Assembly (NCBI RefSeq): GCF_963921235.1
Contig: NC_086108.1
Span: 99,264,001-99,328,000 of the forward strand
DNA from: Mobula hypostoma
Taxonomy: Eukaryota
DNA length: 64,000 bases
Direction of reading: 5' to 3'
A model generated the notes under the pieces. That model was not told the DNA's origin. It saw only the letters and a program-made list of their open reading frames with translations, and ran no database searches. Numbering within the stretch: the first letter of the stretch is position 1; each line of letters begins with the position of its first letter. Made by a program: the position numbers and the translations under genes. Positions 1-12,039 of the stretch are shown here, piece by piece.

Positions 1-258
1 ACTTGTGGCAAAGAATTCCACAGATTTACCACCATCTGGCTAAAGAAATTCCTCCTCATCTCCATTCTAAAATGACATCCCTCTATTCTGAGTCTGTGCC
101 CTCTGGCCTCAGACTCTTCCACCATAGGAAGCATCCTCTCCATATCCACCCTATCAAGGCCTTTCACCGTCCATTGGGTTTCCAATAGGTAATCCCTCAT
201 TCTTCTGAATTCTAGTGAATACAGGCCCGGAGCCATCAAATGCTCTTCATATGACAAA
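1..258 (-). mobile_element. CR1 LINE ORF2 3' fragment (decayed)
   Basis: Reverse complement matches the CR1 C-terminal block (TRGH.L...RNFFSQ..VNLWNSLP) repeated throughout the window. Confidence 0.85.
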
Positions 259-261
259 CAA

Positions 262-405
262 GGGAAAATCTTCAGTTACTGGAACACACACAAATGCACA
301 CAGCTGGAGGAAGTCAGCAGGCCAGGCAACATCTATCAGGCCGAGACCCCTCAGGAGGACTGGAGAAAAAGATGAGGAGTAGATTTAAAAGGTGGTGGAG
401 GCCTT
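262..405 (-). mobile_element. Penelope-like element 3' terminus fragment
   Basis: ctggaggaagtcagcaggccaggcaacatcta...ccgagacccc...ggactgg is antisense to the terminus seen at 15690-15791 and 47290-47420. Confidence 0.7.
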
Positions 406-409
406 CGCC

Positions 410-1335
410 CTTTTCTGTTTGTCTGCCAGTGACTAGTAGTGTCCCATAGGGGTCTGTGCTGGGACTAATTCGTTTTGCGTTGTATGTTAATGATTTGGAT
501 GATGGAATTGATGGCTTTGTTGCAAAGTTTGCAGATGATACAAAGATAGGTGGAGGGGCAGGTAGTTTTGAGGAAGTAGAGAGGCCACTGAAGGACTTAG
601 ATTAGGAGAATGATATAGAAGTGGTAGATTGAATACAGTGTCAGGAAGTGTATGTACATGCACTTCAGTAGAAGAAATGAAACAGTTGATTATTACCTAA
701 CTAGAGAGAAAGTACAAAAAACTGTGATGCAGAAGGACTTGGAAGTCCTTGTGGAGGATTTCCTGAGGGTTAATTTTAGATTGACTCTATTGAGGAAGAC
801 AAATGCAATGTTAGCATTCATTTCAAGAGGACTAGAATATAAAAGCAAGGATGTAATGTTGAGGCTTATGAGCAGTTTTGGACCCCTTATCTCAGAAAGG
901 ATGTGCTGAAACTGGAGGGAATTCAAAGGAGGTTCACAAAAATGATTCTAGATTTGAATGACTTTTCACATAAAGAGTGTTTGATGGCTTTGGGCCTGCA
1001 TTCACCGGAATTCTGAAGAATGAGGGGTGACCTCATTGAAACTTATGGAATGGTGAAAGGCCTTGATAGAGTGGATGAGGAGAGGATGTTTCCTATGGTG
1101 GGAGAGTCTGAGACCAGAGGACACAGCCTCAGAATAGAGGAGCATCCTTTCAGAACAGAGATGAAGAGGAATTTCTTTAGCCAGAGTGTGGTGAATCTGT
1201 GGAGTTCATTGCCACAGGCAGCTTTGAAGCCCAAGTCTGTATGTATATTTAAGGTAGAAGTTGATAGATTCTTCATTGGTCTGGCCACGAAGGGATATGG
1301 GGAGAAGGCAGAAGTTTGGGGCTGAGAGGAAACAA
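410..1335 (+). mobile_element. CR1 LINE RT C-terminal region (pseudogenised)
   Basis: KFADDTKIGG, NAMLAFISRGLEYKSKDVMLRL, MRGDLIETY, RNFFSQSVVNLW motifs with stops/frameshifts. Confidence 0.9.
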
Positions 1336-1403
1336 TGGTTTGCAGAAGAGCATCTCTAAATGCACAACATGTCAAACTTTGAAGCAGCAGAAGTCCATGA
1401 CCA

Positions 1404-1463
1404 TACTCTCAGTGGCTACTTTACTAGGTGCTGGAGATACCTAATAAAGTGGCTACTGTGTGT
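1404..1463. mobile_element. Tc1-type TIR-only hairpin remnant
   Basis: ctcagtggctactttactaggt ... acctaataaagtggctactgtg are imperfect inverted copies of the TIR of the element at 27790-28346. Confidence 0.6.
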
Positions 1464-1809
1464 TTATGGTAACCTATGCACATTCAATAAATTTACTTTG
1501 AATTTTGAACTTCTATGGCCATACTGCCATTATTTCACAAGCTGAGAAAAAATTAATTGAAAGATCACTTGGTGTTCTTAAAAGCCAAATATAGAATGCA
1601 GAATATAGGATTTCAATAACATAATATCGCCATAGAACAACAGTACAGTGGGGATAGACTGCTTGGTCAGCATGAAGATGGACCAAAGGGGTGGGGGTAT
1701 GTACATGTACATACATATACATATATAGAGATACAGCTTGGAATAGCCCTTTCAGCCCTTTGAGCTGCACCACCTAACAATCCCCAATTTAACTCTAGGC
1801 TAATCACAG

Positions 1810-2015
1810 ACGGGACAAAAGGTCCCGAGTTCGAATCCAGCCAGCTTCCCTGCACGCTTTCCATCCATGCTGGATTACGAGCTGGTAATCTCTTTGGAAA
1901 CTCCCGGCAGAAGGCAATGGCAAACCACTGCTGTAACTTGCCTCGTAAGCGGTTCCCCACTATGTCAGAGAGGCGTGGAGGGAAATCATCTGCTAACTGG
2001 AGAAACTCCAGATGC
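1810..2015 (+). mobile_element. SINE with B-box-like head and RTE-type tail
   Basis: gagttcgaatcc B-box-like motif followed by gaaggcaatggcaaaccac, an RTE/BovB-type 3' tail motif. Confidence 0.55.
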
Positions 2016-2039
2016 AATGTACCTTTCCTTTTTTTCCCC

Positions 2040-2240
2040 CCCCTAATCACAGGAAAATTTACAATGAGCAATTAACCTGCCAATCAGAATACGTCTGGAC
2101 TGTGGGAGGAATCCGGAGCACTCAGAGGAAACACACGCGGTCACAGAGAGGATGTACAAACTCTTCACAGGCAGTGACAGGATTTGAACTGGTGTCTCCT
2201 GTGTTGTAAAGTGGTGTGGTAACCACTTCAGTAACCTGCC
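2040..2240 (-). mobile_element. V-SINE (HE1-like)
   Basis: Antisense V-domain (gtgggaggaatccggagcactcagaggaaacacacgcggtcac) plus tRNA-like head. Confidence 0.75.
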
Positions 2241-2854
2241 ACTGATTCTATATAGCCTGGGATTGTCAACCCCTTATTCTCCACTTGTAATTTCTGACTT
2301 TAGACACTCCATCCCAGAGCAGTATCATCCCTGCGTCTCTCCTGTCAGGTCTGATAAGAATTTGAAAGTCTCAATGTCATCACCAAACTCCAAGCTGAAG
2401 AAAGTGCATGCCGAGTCAGTTTAACTTCTCCACTCAAGCCAAATCTTTCACTGCAGAAACCAATCTGATGAATCTTTTGCTGCACTCCCTCTGCTCCAAT
2501 ACATCCTTCCTAATACAGTGTCGCAGGTGTAGTCCAAGTGGGGTGCAATAGAATTGTGGCTTGGCATCTTTGCTCTTGTATTCAAATTCTCCTGTACCAT
2601 TTGCCTTACTAATTGCTACACCTGTACATCAACTTCCAGTGATTGGAATAGAAGAACAATAAATATCTCTCAACATACGTACTTTTTGATCTCACCATTT
2701 GAAAGTTGCCCTCCTTTTCCTGCACTGCACTTTCTCTGCAGCTGTCACACTTTATTCTGCATTATTATTGTTTTACCTTGTTTGACTTCGATGCACAGTG
2801 TAATGACCTGATCTATGTGAACAGTATGCAAGACAAGTTTTTCCACTGCGCCTT

Positions 2855-3090
2855 GGTGGAGGGGAGGGAACATCGACTCAGACCATGAGAGGCCTGTGTT
2901 GGACATTTTCATGCCTTACAAGACGCAGATTGGAAGTCTATTGGGGTGCCACTCCTCGCACAGACGAAAGCAATGTGTGATTAAGTGCCTTGCTCAAGGG
3001 CACAAACATGCTGCCACAGCTGAGGCTCGCAATAGCGACCTTGAGATAACTAGACAAACACCTTAACCACTTGGCCACATGCCCAACACA
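2855..3090 (-). mobile_element. tRNA-derived CORE-type SINE
   Basis: ttaagtgccttgctcaagggcac (antisense CORE-like box) and ccttaaccacttggccac head; same family as 45070-45380 and 54604-54910. Confidence 0.7.
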
Positions 3091-3149
3091 TGGTACATGT
3101 GACAAAAATAAACCAATTCCAATTCTTTGCAGTGACCTGCCTTTTTTCC

Positions 3150-3706
3150 AGAGCTGAGGCTTTAAAGGGCATTGGTCAGGCCATATTTGGAGTGAGCAGT
3201 TTTGTGCCCCTTATCTAAGAAATCCAACTTTGGAAAGGGTTAACATATGAGTGTTTGATGGCTCTAGACCTGTACTCATTGGGTTTAGAAGAATGAGGTG
3301 GTGGGGGTACGGATGTCATTGAAATCTATTGAACATTGGAAGGCCTATTTAGAGTAAATATAGAGAGGATTTTTTTTATCTATAGTTGGAGTGTCTAAGT
3401 CCAGAGGGCACAGGCTCAGTGTACAAGGACACCCTTTCAGAACAGGGATGAGGAGGAATTTCTTCAGTCACAGGGTGGTGAAACTGTTGAATTCATTGCC
3501 ACAGACAGCTGTGGGGGCCAAGTCATTGACTACTTTTAAAGTGGAGGCTAATACATTCTGATTAGTAAGAATATTAAAGGCCACAGGGAGAAGGCAGGAG
3601 AATTGGGATGGGTGGGATAATAAACCAGCCATGATTAAATGACAGAACAGACTTGATGGGTTGAAAGATCAAATTCTGCTCCTATGCTTTATGGTCTTAT
3701 GGTCTA
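3150..3706 (+). mobile_element. CR1 LINE 3' fragment
   Basis: CR1 C-terminal motifs ending in the (tatggtct)n-type tail. Confidence 0.85.
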
Positions 3707-3789
3707 TCTACTCCACCTGCCAGATCATGGTACATTCACTCAGCCTGCCCATGTCCCATTGAATCCTCCCCACACTGGGGAGGAATGGT

Positions 3790-4010
3790 AACAGGGCAGT
3801 TAACATGATGTTACTTCAGTACCAGCAACCTTGGTTCAATTCCTACTGCTGTCTGTAAGGAGTTTGTACATTTTCTCCTTGATCTGCAAGGGTTTCCTGC
3901 AGGTGATCCAGTTTTCTTCCCATGTTCCAAAGACGTATGGGTTAATAGGTTAATGGTAGCAATTGAGCAGTGTGGGATTGATGGGATGGAAGTGCCCGTT
4001 ACCATGCTGT
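3790..4010 (+). mobile_element. V-SINE (HE1-like)
   Basis: ggttcaattcc B box followed by gtctgtaaggagtttgtac...gggtttcc V-domain. Confidence 0.7.
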
Positions 4011-4784
4011 TGATGCAAATGCATAGTTTGCATCAAGTTTGATCAGCGAGGATTACACTGAGCAGCCCACAAGAGTTGCCACACTTCTGGCGCCAAATTG
4101 GCAAGTCTGTAATTCACTAACCCTAATTTGTAAGTTTTAGGAATGTGGGAGGAAATGGGAGCATCCGGAGGAAATCCACAAGGTCATCAAGATAGTGTAC
4201 AAACTCTGTGTAGATGGCACTGGGAATTGAATACCAATCTTACAGTTAATGCTGTAAAGTGATCGTGCTAACTGCTATCGTACAGCCCAAACTCTCAGAA
4301 TTTTGTGTTTTTATTTCAGATTTTCAGCATCTGCAGTATTCTACTTTTGGACAGGAGTGACTACAAAGGGTGAAAATGTCCATCTACTGAGCCAAAGGCT
4401 CAGTACTTCTTCAATGAAAAATGGTACTGATCTTTCAATATCGCAGCTGTGGTCCGTATCACTGCAGGGGTCTCCCGATAAGTGCTGTTGGATGTCCTGA
4501 TATAATACAAAGCCTTGGTTTTATCAGACGATGAATGAGGAAGAAGGGCATGTCTGTCTCTGCAGCCAGTGTCAGAATTAGGGATGAGCATGATTTGCAG
4601 GAACTGATCAACACAGACTACATTTGAACAAGTTTGTACTCAGCAAAAAGAATCATTGGAGGAACTCAACAGATCCAAGCTTGTTCCAAGCTACTTCCCT
4701 AGATTTTTATTCAATGTGGCAGTTCTCTAGTTACATAATCCAGCTGATTATAGCACTGCTCTGTCAACCATGGAGAAATTTTAA

Positions 4785-5045
4785 CCCATAAGACCATGAG
4801 ACATAGGAATGGAATGAGGCCATTCAGCCCATCGAGTCTGCCCTATTTCATCATGGCTGACTTATTTTTCCTCTCAACCTCATTCTCCTCTCTTCTCCTT
4901 ATAACCTTTAATGCCCTTGCTAAAAAACTGATCAACCTCTGCTTTAAATATACCCAATGACTTGGCCTTCACAGCCATCTGTGGCAATGAATTCCCCAGA
5001 TTCACCACCCTCTGGCTAAAGAAATTCCTCATCTGTTCTAAAGGG
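4785..5045 (-). mobile_element. CR1 LINE 3' end
   Basis: Antisense MRNFFSQRVVNLGNSLPQ and ccataagacc tail. Confidence 0.85.
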
Positions 5046-6234
5046 GCTGAAGAGAGTCTGCGATTCTGTGCCCTCTCCTCCATGGACTCTTTCTACAGTT
5101 CTTGGTGCCTTGGGAAAGCAGCCAACATAATCAAAGATCCTTCCTACTCTGGACGGTGTCTAACATCCCTCCTTCCATTGGGAAGAGGATACAGAAACTT
5201 GATAGGAGCACCACCAGGCTCAAGGATAGCTTTTAGTCTGCTGTTATAAGAATTCTGAACAGACAGCTAGTATGATGATAAACTCTTGAACCCCCCCCCC
5301 ACCCCACCACTCAGATCATGACCCTCACTGGCATAAAATCACTGTCCTGTATCTTAAACACCCTCCCAAAGGTGGCAAACCCACCACAGACCTTCCCCCA
5401 TCAGGGTCCCAACCAGTGACCCATCAACTGCATGCCTGACCTTTCTCTCCGCCCCAATCCGATTACTAGTCCAAGCTCCCATGGTCAAAATCAAATGCTA
5501 ATTTAATGGCTGAGCCTAAAAAATTAACAATATTGTGAACATAATTTTGCTGAGACACTAGGAAGGGCTGATACTTACTGCTATCATTCACTGTATGCTG
5601 CACAATAAATCAGAGACAATATCTCATTTCCATTTTCTCATCTGAAAATTAAGGGCACCAGACAAAAAGAAACTTAATTGGCAGCATCTCAATTAGATGC
5701 AAATGATCCATATTACGAGGCACTTAATAGTTTCTAACATAAAAAAAATACCGTTTTATGTAATCTTTCCCATTCTGTAAGATTTTACCACATGATAAAC
5801 AGCGCTCAGGGTGAAATTATTTCAACAACAGACACTGTTAGGAATTAAAGGAATTCAAGGGCTAGTTCACATTTCAATGAAAAAGTAGTGATAGGCATTT
5901 AGACTGAACATTATACATTGCAAAGGATCATACCACACAAAATGTATATAGCACTTCACACTGTGCCTAAGAGTTAAGGACCCATACACGGTCAGCATTT
6001 ATCATTATGTGCAAATGAGTATTGGGAACATAAAATACTGTGAAAGTCCATTCTGATTAAACTTGCACCTCATTTCCTTTATTTTATTCCATGCTAATTT
6101 TCTGTCTCCTCTTCTCTCCTCTTTCCCTTCTTTCCTTGCTTTTCTCTCTTTTGTACTTTCCTATTGGTTCCTTAAGGTTGTTATAGCCACAAGTGGTAAT
6201 GTGGACAAGCTCCCATTACTTATTAAATGCTTAT

Positions 6235-6750
6235 TAACAGCGTGCACCTCAAATAGCCGCTGACAACCAAGTCCAGCTCTTGGCCTTCACGCGTAACTTA
6301 GCTAGTAAGCCTAGCGGAACCGTTGCTTCTGACAGGAGAAGGGGCAAAGGCGGGTTACCGGTGTTTTAAAACTAGTTGCTTCAAGAAGGGGCTTGTCAGC
6401 TGTGGCTAGCAGTTCATCTAGGAGAAAGAAAACTGATCTAAACCTCCGCTGCCTTGTGACTATACCCACTCCTGGGGAAGGCTTCAGGAGTAAACCTTGA
6501 GGAAAAATTCAGAGCTCGAGTTCTTAAGGCAGTCCTACATTAGGGTTTAATGCTGAGTGGCAAATCCTGCAGTATTGCTGGTGACAAACTATATTGGTCT
6601 CTACGTTCCTTTGGGTTCATCAGATGTGTGGAGAGGGGGAGCTTGCTACTGGGGCAACAGCTTGCTCTCCATATTGTACGGACCTGGCTTGTGTATCTAG
6701 ACAGCTGGGATGCAACATCCATGGTCATCTATGACCAAAGGAGGCACCTC
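6235..6750 (+). mobile_element. Non-autonomous RTE-derived element, copy 1
   Basis: Colinear with 21530-22050; RTE-like 5' UTR motif ggagaa-gaaaactgat-aaacc; no ORF. Confidence 0.6.
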
Positions 6751-7019
6751 TTCATTTCTCTAACATTCATGGTGTACATGAGCCAAGCAATGACCTTCTA
6801 CATGACATCCAAAGCTACCATCAATTCCAATTCCCAAATATTAACCATTCTTCAGGAATCTTATTGGAGGCTAGAGTAGTCTGATACTGGGTAAACAGTT
6901 GTAACTGACTCATCACCAGTCAGCAATGTGATAGATTCTATCAGATAGAGCATAGAACAGTATAGCACAGTACAGACCCTTCAACCCATGATGTCATGCC
7001 AACCTTCTAACCTAATCCA

Positions 7020-7275
7020 AGATTCACTCTTCACTGTCTACACCTTGGACTTCAGGTACAACTCAGATTCCCGCCACCTGCAGAAATTTTCAGATGATCC
7101 GGCAGTTATGGGCTGTAGCTACAGGGGTCAAGAGGCTGAGTGCAGAAGAGTGGTGGAGAACTTCGTTGAATGGTGTGGGTTGAATCACCTGCAGCTCAAC
7201 ATCAGTAAGACAAAGGAGTTGGTTGGCAGACTTCAGGAAGGTGAAAGCACCCTGCATTCTCATCTCCATCGAAGG
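7020..7275 (+). mobile_element. Rex1/Babar LINE RT fragment
   Basis: LFTVYTLDFRYNSDSRHLQKFSDD...FVEWCGLNHLQLNISKTKELV. Confidence 0.85.
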
Positions 7276-8082
7276 AACAGAAACCATAGAAACTACAGCA
7301 CAGAAACAGGCCTTTTGGACCTTCTTGGCTGTGCTGAACCATTTTCTGCCTAGTCCCACTGACCTGTACACGGACCATATCCCTCCATACACCTCCCATC
7401 CATGTATCTGTCCAATTTATTCTTAAATGTTAAAAAAGAACCCACATTTACCACCTCGTCTGGCAGCTCATTCCATACTCCCACCACTCCGTGAAGAAGC
7501 CCCCACTAATGTTCCCTTTAAATTTTTCCCCTCACCCTTAACCCATGTCCTCTGGTTTTTCTCTCCCCTTGCCTCAGTGGAAAAAGCCTGCTTGCATTCA
7601 CTCTATCTATACCCATCATAATTTTATATACCTCTATCAAATCTCCCCTCTTTCTTCTACACTCCAGGGAATAAAGTCCTAACCTATTCAACCTTTCTCT
7701 GTAACTGAGTTTCTCAAGTCCTGGCAACATCCTTGTAAACCTTCTCTGCACTCTTTCAACCTTAATTATATCCTTCCTGTAATTTGGTGACCAAAACTGA
7801 ACACAATACTCCAGATCTGGCCTCACCAATGCCTTATACAACCTCATCATAACATTCCAGCTCTTATACTCAATACTTCAATTAATAAAGGCCAATGTAC
7901 CAAAAGCTCTCTTTACGACCCTATCTACCTGTGACGCCACTTTTAGGGAATTTTGTATCTGTATTCCCAGATCCCTCTGTTCCACTGCACTCCTCAGTGC
8001 CTTACCATTAACCCTGTATGTTCTACCTTGGTTTGTCCTTCCAACGTGCAATACCTCACACTTGTCCGTATTAAACTCCATC
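7276..8082 (-). mobile_element. Young CR1 LINE 3' fragment
   Basis: MEFNTDKCEVLH...; [25 protein letters not shown]...RRKRGDLIEVYKIM; tctatggtttct tail. Confidence 0.92.
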
Positions 8083-8495
8083 TGGTCTCTGGTCTTAGAC
8101 TGTCTCTGGTCTTAGACTCTCCCACCTTAGGGAACATCCTTTACACATCCACTCCACTGAGGCATTTCAACATTCAGTAGTTTCAATGAGGTCACCCCCT
8201 CACTCTTCTGAGTTCCAGTGAGTAGAGACCTAGACCCATCAAACGAAGTGGTTGGTAGGGTAGTTAACACATTGGATTTAATTTTCCAAAATTCCTCAGA
8301 TTGGGAGAATGTTTTATTAGATTGCCATATAGCAAATGTAATTTCTTTGTGCAAAAGGATGGTAGACACACAAGAGAAAACTACAAGATATTCAGCTTTA
8401 CAGCTGTAACAGATAATATGTTAAAAAGCTATTAATAAAGAAATTTTATCAGGGCCTTTGGAAAAAAAAAATCAGGGTAATAAGGCAAAGTTAAT

Positions 8496-8709
8496 TTAAA
8501 CGCAAACAACAGGAATTCTGCAGATGCTGGAAATTCAAGCAACATACATCAAAGTTGCTGGTGAACGCAGCAGGCCAAGCAGCATTTAGATCCTCTCTTC
8601 GACAGGAGTTAGTCCTGACAAAGGGTCTCGGCCTGAAACATCGACTGCGCCTCTTCCTATAGATGCTGCTTGGCCTGCTGCGTTCACCAGCAACTTTGAT
8701 GTATGTTGC
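8496..8709. mobile_element. Fold-back Penelope-derived mini-element with hammerhead motif
   Basis: Perfect 48-bp inverted repeat 8538-8585/8663-8710; direct repeat TAAGGCAAAGTTAAT at 8481-8495 and 8710-8724. Confidence 0.85.
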
Positions 8710-8959
8710 TAAGGCAAAGTTAATGTTTTTTTTCTTGAAAGGGAAATTATGCTTGAATGGGTTATTGGAGTTCAATGAATATCTAGCATGTGCTGTGAAT
8801 AAATGGAAGGAGATACACTCAGGAGCTGAAGTTAGTGTCTTAACATACCTGCTAATTGAAAGCCAATCCCCTGTGGGAGGTGGCCACTGGCTCATGTAAG
8901 GTGCACTGTAGCCCCTCCCCTTAGCTTTATATTTAGTTGATGATGTCACGGCATTGGTG

Positions 8960-9275
8960 GGGTTTAAATCTCATCATCCTATGCCATATCGTATGCCATG
9001 GGTGATCATGGTCTTTTTGACCATGATTGTTCTTGGCAAAATTTCTACTGAAGTTATTTGCCATTGCCTTCTTCTGGGCAGTGCCTTTGCAAGACAGATG
9101 ACCCCAGCCATTGTCAATACTCTTCAGAGATTGTCTACCTGGCATACCCAGGACTTGTGATAGGCACCGGCTGCTTATACGACCATCCACCCACTTGTTC
9201 CCATGGCTTCACGTGACCCCGATTGGGAGGGCTAAGCAGGTGCTACACCTTGCCCAAGCATGACCTGCAGGATAG
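8960..9275 (-). mobile_element. SINE-like element with RTE-type tail (second copy at ~17180-17560)
   Basis: tttgccattgccttc (antisense RTE tail motif); colinear with 17180-17560. Confidence 0.6.
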
Positions 9276-9299
9276 TGGAACGTTGCAATGATAGGGCAA

Positions 9300-9915
9300 G
9301 TGAAGATTTGTGAAGTTATCCCCTTTGGTTCAGGAGTCTGATGGTCGAGGGGTAAAAACTGTTCCTGAACTTGGAGGTGCTGGTCCTGAGGCTCCTGTAC
9401 CTTCTTCCAAATGACAGCAGAGATGAGAGCATGACCTGTGTTGAGGGTGGCGGGGGTGGGAAGCATGATGACGGATTCTGCTTTCCTGCGATAGTGCTCC
9501 ATGTAGACGTGTGGAAATGGCTTTACCTGTGATGGGCTGCACCGTATCCGCTACATTTGGAGGATTTTTCGTTCGAGGGCATTGGTATTTCCATACCGGT
9601 CTATGTTACAGCCAATTGATGCACTCCCCATTACACATCTATAGAGATTTGTCAAAGTTTTAGAGGGCATGCCGAATCTTAGCTATCTCCTAAGGAAGCA
9701 GAGGTGCTGCTGTGATTTCTTTGTACAAACGTTTGTAATTGCACTTGCATGTTGGGCCCAGGACAGGTCCTCTGAAATAATAACACCAAGGAATTTAAAG
9801 TAGCTGACCCTCTCCACATCTATCCCCTGATGAGGACTGGCTCATGGACCTCTTGTTTCCTTCTCCTGAAGTCAATAATCAGCTCCTGGGTCTTGTTGAC
9901 ATTGAGTCAGAAATG
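9300..9915 (-). mobile_element. Rex1/Babar LINE 3' fragment
   Basis: Antisense reading gives decayed N..KTQELIIDFR, FKFLG and RKAESVI blocks. Confidence 0.7.
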
Positions 9916-10399
9916 AGGTGTAATTTTTGGACAGGTACTTGATATGTAAAGTGGTGAAAGATTACTGGAGGCAGATAGAAATGCAAGGTTGAAGTTAGTC
10001 AGATCAATCAGCCACGGCCTTATTGGGTGGTGGAGCAGGCTTGAGTGGACAAGTGGCCCACTCCTACTCTTATTTCACATACATTAATAAATCACCACAT
10101 TTATATTCAAGATCTTTATTTTACCTCTTCTCTGCCAGTGATTTTGTTTGCTTCACCAATTGTGGCTAGACTTTCAGCTGCTTAAGTTAACAATTTCCTC
10201 AGCAAATTTCTCTGCTGTGCTCTCTGACTCTCCTCCTGCAAGATGTCCCTTAATACTTAAAATTGTTGAACAAGTAGCTTATGAATATTCAATAGGTCTA
10301 AAAGCATTAGTGAACAGAGAAACCAAGATTAGAAAGGTCATTGACACGAAACACGAACTATGCTTTTTCCTCTGCAGATGCTGCTTGACATGAGTATTT

Positions 10400-10610
10400 T
10401 CAGACAAGCCCACACAGCCCAATTATACCGATGTGCCCAATTAACTTACTAATTGTACATCTTTGGAATGTGGGAGGGAACCAGAGCACCTGGAGGAAAC
10501 CGACACGGTCATGGAGAAAATGTACAACCTCTTTACAGAGAGCAGCAGGAATTGACCCCATATTGCTGGCTCTATAAAGTGTTATGCTAACTGCCACACT
10601 GCGTTGCTTC
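10400..10610 (-). mobile_element. V-SINE (HE1-like)
   Basis: Antisense V-domain and tRNA-like head. Confidence 0.75.
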
Positions 10611-11239
10611 CCCAATTACATCTTTTGTTTGATAACAAACCTGGGGTATAGTACTATGCTAAAGTGCTATATAAATACAAGTTACTATTGTTGATCATAT
10701 CTGATCAATGGTTACAATAACTACTTTATACAGTTAAAAGCCTTTTGAGGACAGAAATGAGTTTCTCCATTTTGAATGCACCTAAACCAATTCCCCAAAA
10801 CCTTCAAGACAGTTCGTGATGCACACTATTTCCATTCTATTTGAATATTTAAATAGTATGCAGGGCACTCCACTGGATAAATGGGAATTAGCATATAGAT
10901 ATGATGTCCTTCTGCACAAATAGCAAAAATTAGACCTAATGATTTTGATTGCACAATGAAACTGATATATAATTTTACAGAAATAACTTCATAAATGAAA
11001 AAGACCAGAAGCATAATAGCTTAACAAGTTTATATTGAATTTGTGTTATAGGCTAAGATGACAGTGGCTCTATAATCATTTAATCCTTTGGATGTTTAAA
11101 ATGAGAGCCCACAAATATTAGTGAAAGATGAGAAAAGAGCCATTCATTCATTGAAGCTTGCCAGCCTATTCACCTCTGACTGCATTCTTTTTCATTCATT
11201 CAGAGAATTCAGATTTCGGTGGTAATGCCACTACTCATC

Positions 11240-11755
11240 GTTCAGAATCAGAATGAGGTTTAACATCACCGGCATACGTCACGAAATTTGCTAACTTTGC
11301 GGCAGCAGTACAATGCGATACGTGATCATATAGAAAAAACTGAATTACAGTAAGTATATATATGAATATTAAATAGTTGAATTAAATAAGTAGTGCAAAA
11401 ACAGAAATAAAAAAGTAGTGAGGTAGTGTTCAATGTCCACTCAGAAACTGGATGGCAGGGGGAAGAAGTTGTTCCTGAATCACTGGGTGTGTGCCTTTAG
11501 GCTTCTGTACCTCTTTCCCGATGGCAACAATGAGAGGAGGGCATGTCCTGGGTGGTGGGGGTCCTTAATGATGGACACTGCCTTTTTGAGACACTGCTCC
11601 TCGAAGGCATCTTGGATACTACAGAGGCTAGTACCCATGATGGAGCTGACTAATTTTACACGCTGCACAGTAGCAACCCCCCCCCCCCCATACTAGACAG
11701 TGCTGGGCACATCTGCAGAAATTTGTGTTTTAGGTGACATACCAAATCTCCTCAA
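11240..11755 (-). mobile_element. Rex1/Babar LINE 3' end
   Basis: CLKKAVSIIKDPHHPGHALLSLLPSGKRYRSLK; (attctg)n tail. Confidence 0.85.
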
Positions 11756-11769
11756 ATAATTTAGATGAA

Positions 11770-12030
11770 ATACCAAATTTCCATTCGTGATTAATAAGGT
11801 GAGAGTGACTGCCCTCGGTGTCCAGGCAGGGCTTCACTGCGTGTGGGATCAAGGAACTCTGGTAAAACTGAAATCAGTAGACAGCCGTGGAATACCACAT
11901 CTTTCAAAGGGGAAGATGATTTTTGTCATGGGAGATCAATTATCCCACCCTCAGGATTTCAGTGCTGGAGTTCCTCAGGGAATTACCCTTGGCTCAAAGG
12001 GACCTTCATTCCTTCATGAGATCAAAACTG
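11770..12030 (+). mobile_element. Old CR1/L2-type RT fragment
   Basis: Degenerate ..VW.QG.LVKL.S...AGVPQG motifs. Confidence 0.55.
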
Positions 12031-12039
12031 GAATAGTAG

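Noticed and set aside
6280..6300. HDV-like ribozyme suggested by a TTCACG loop motif
   Set aside because: Could not build P1/P2 pairings; a twister-like arrangement fits better
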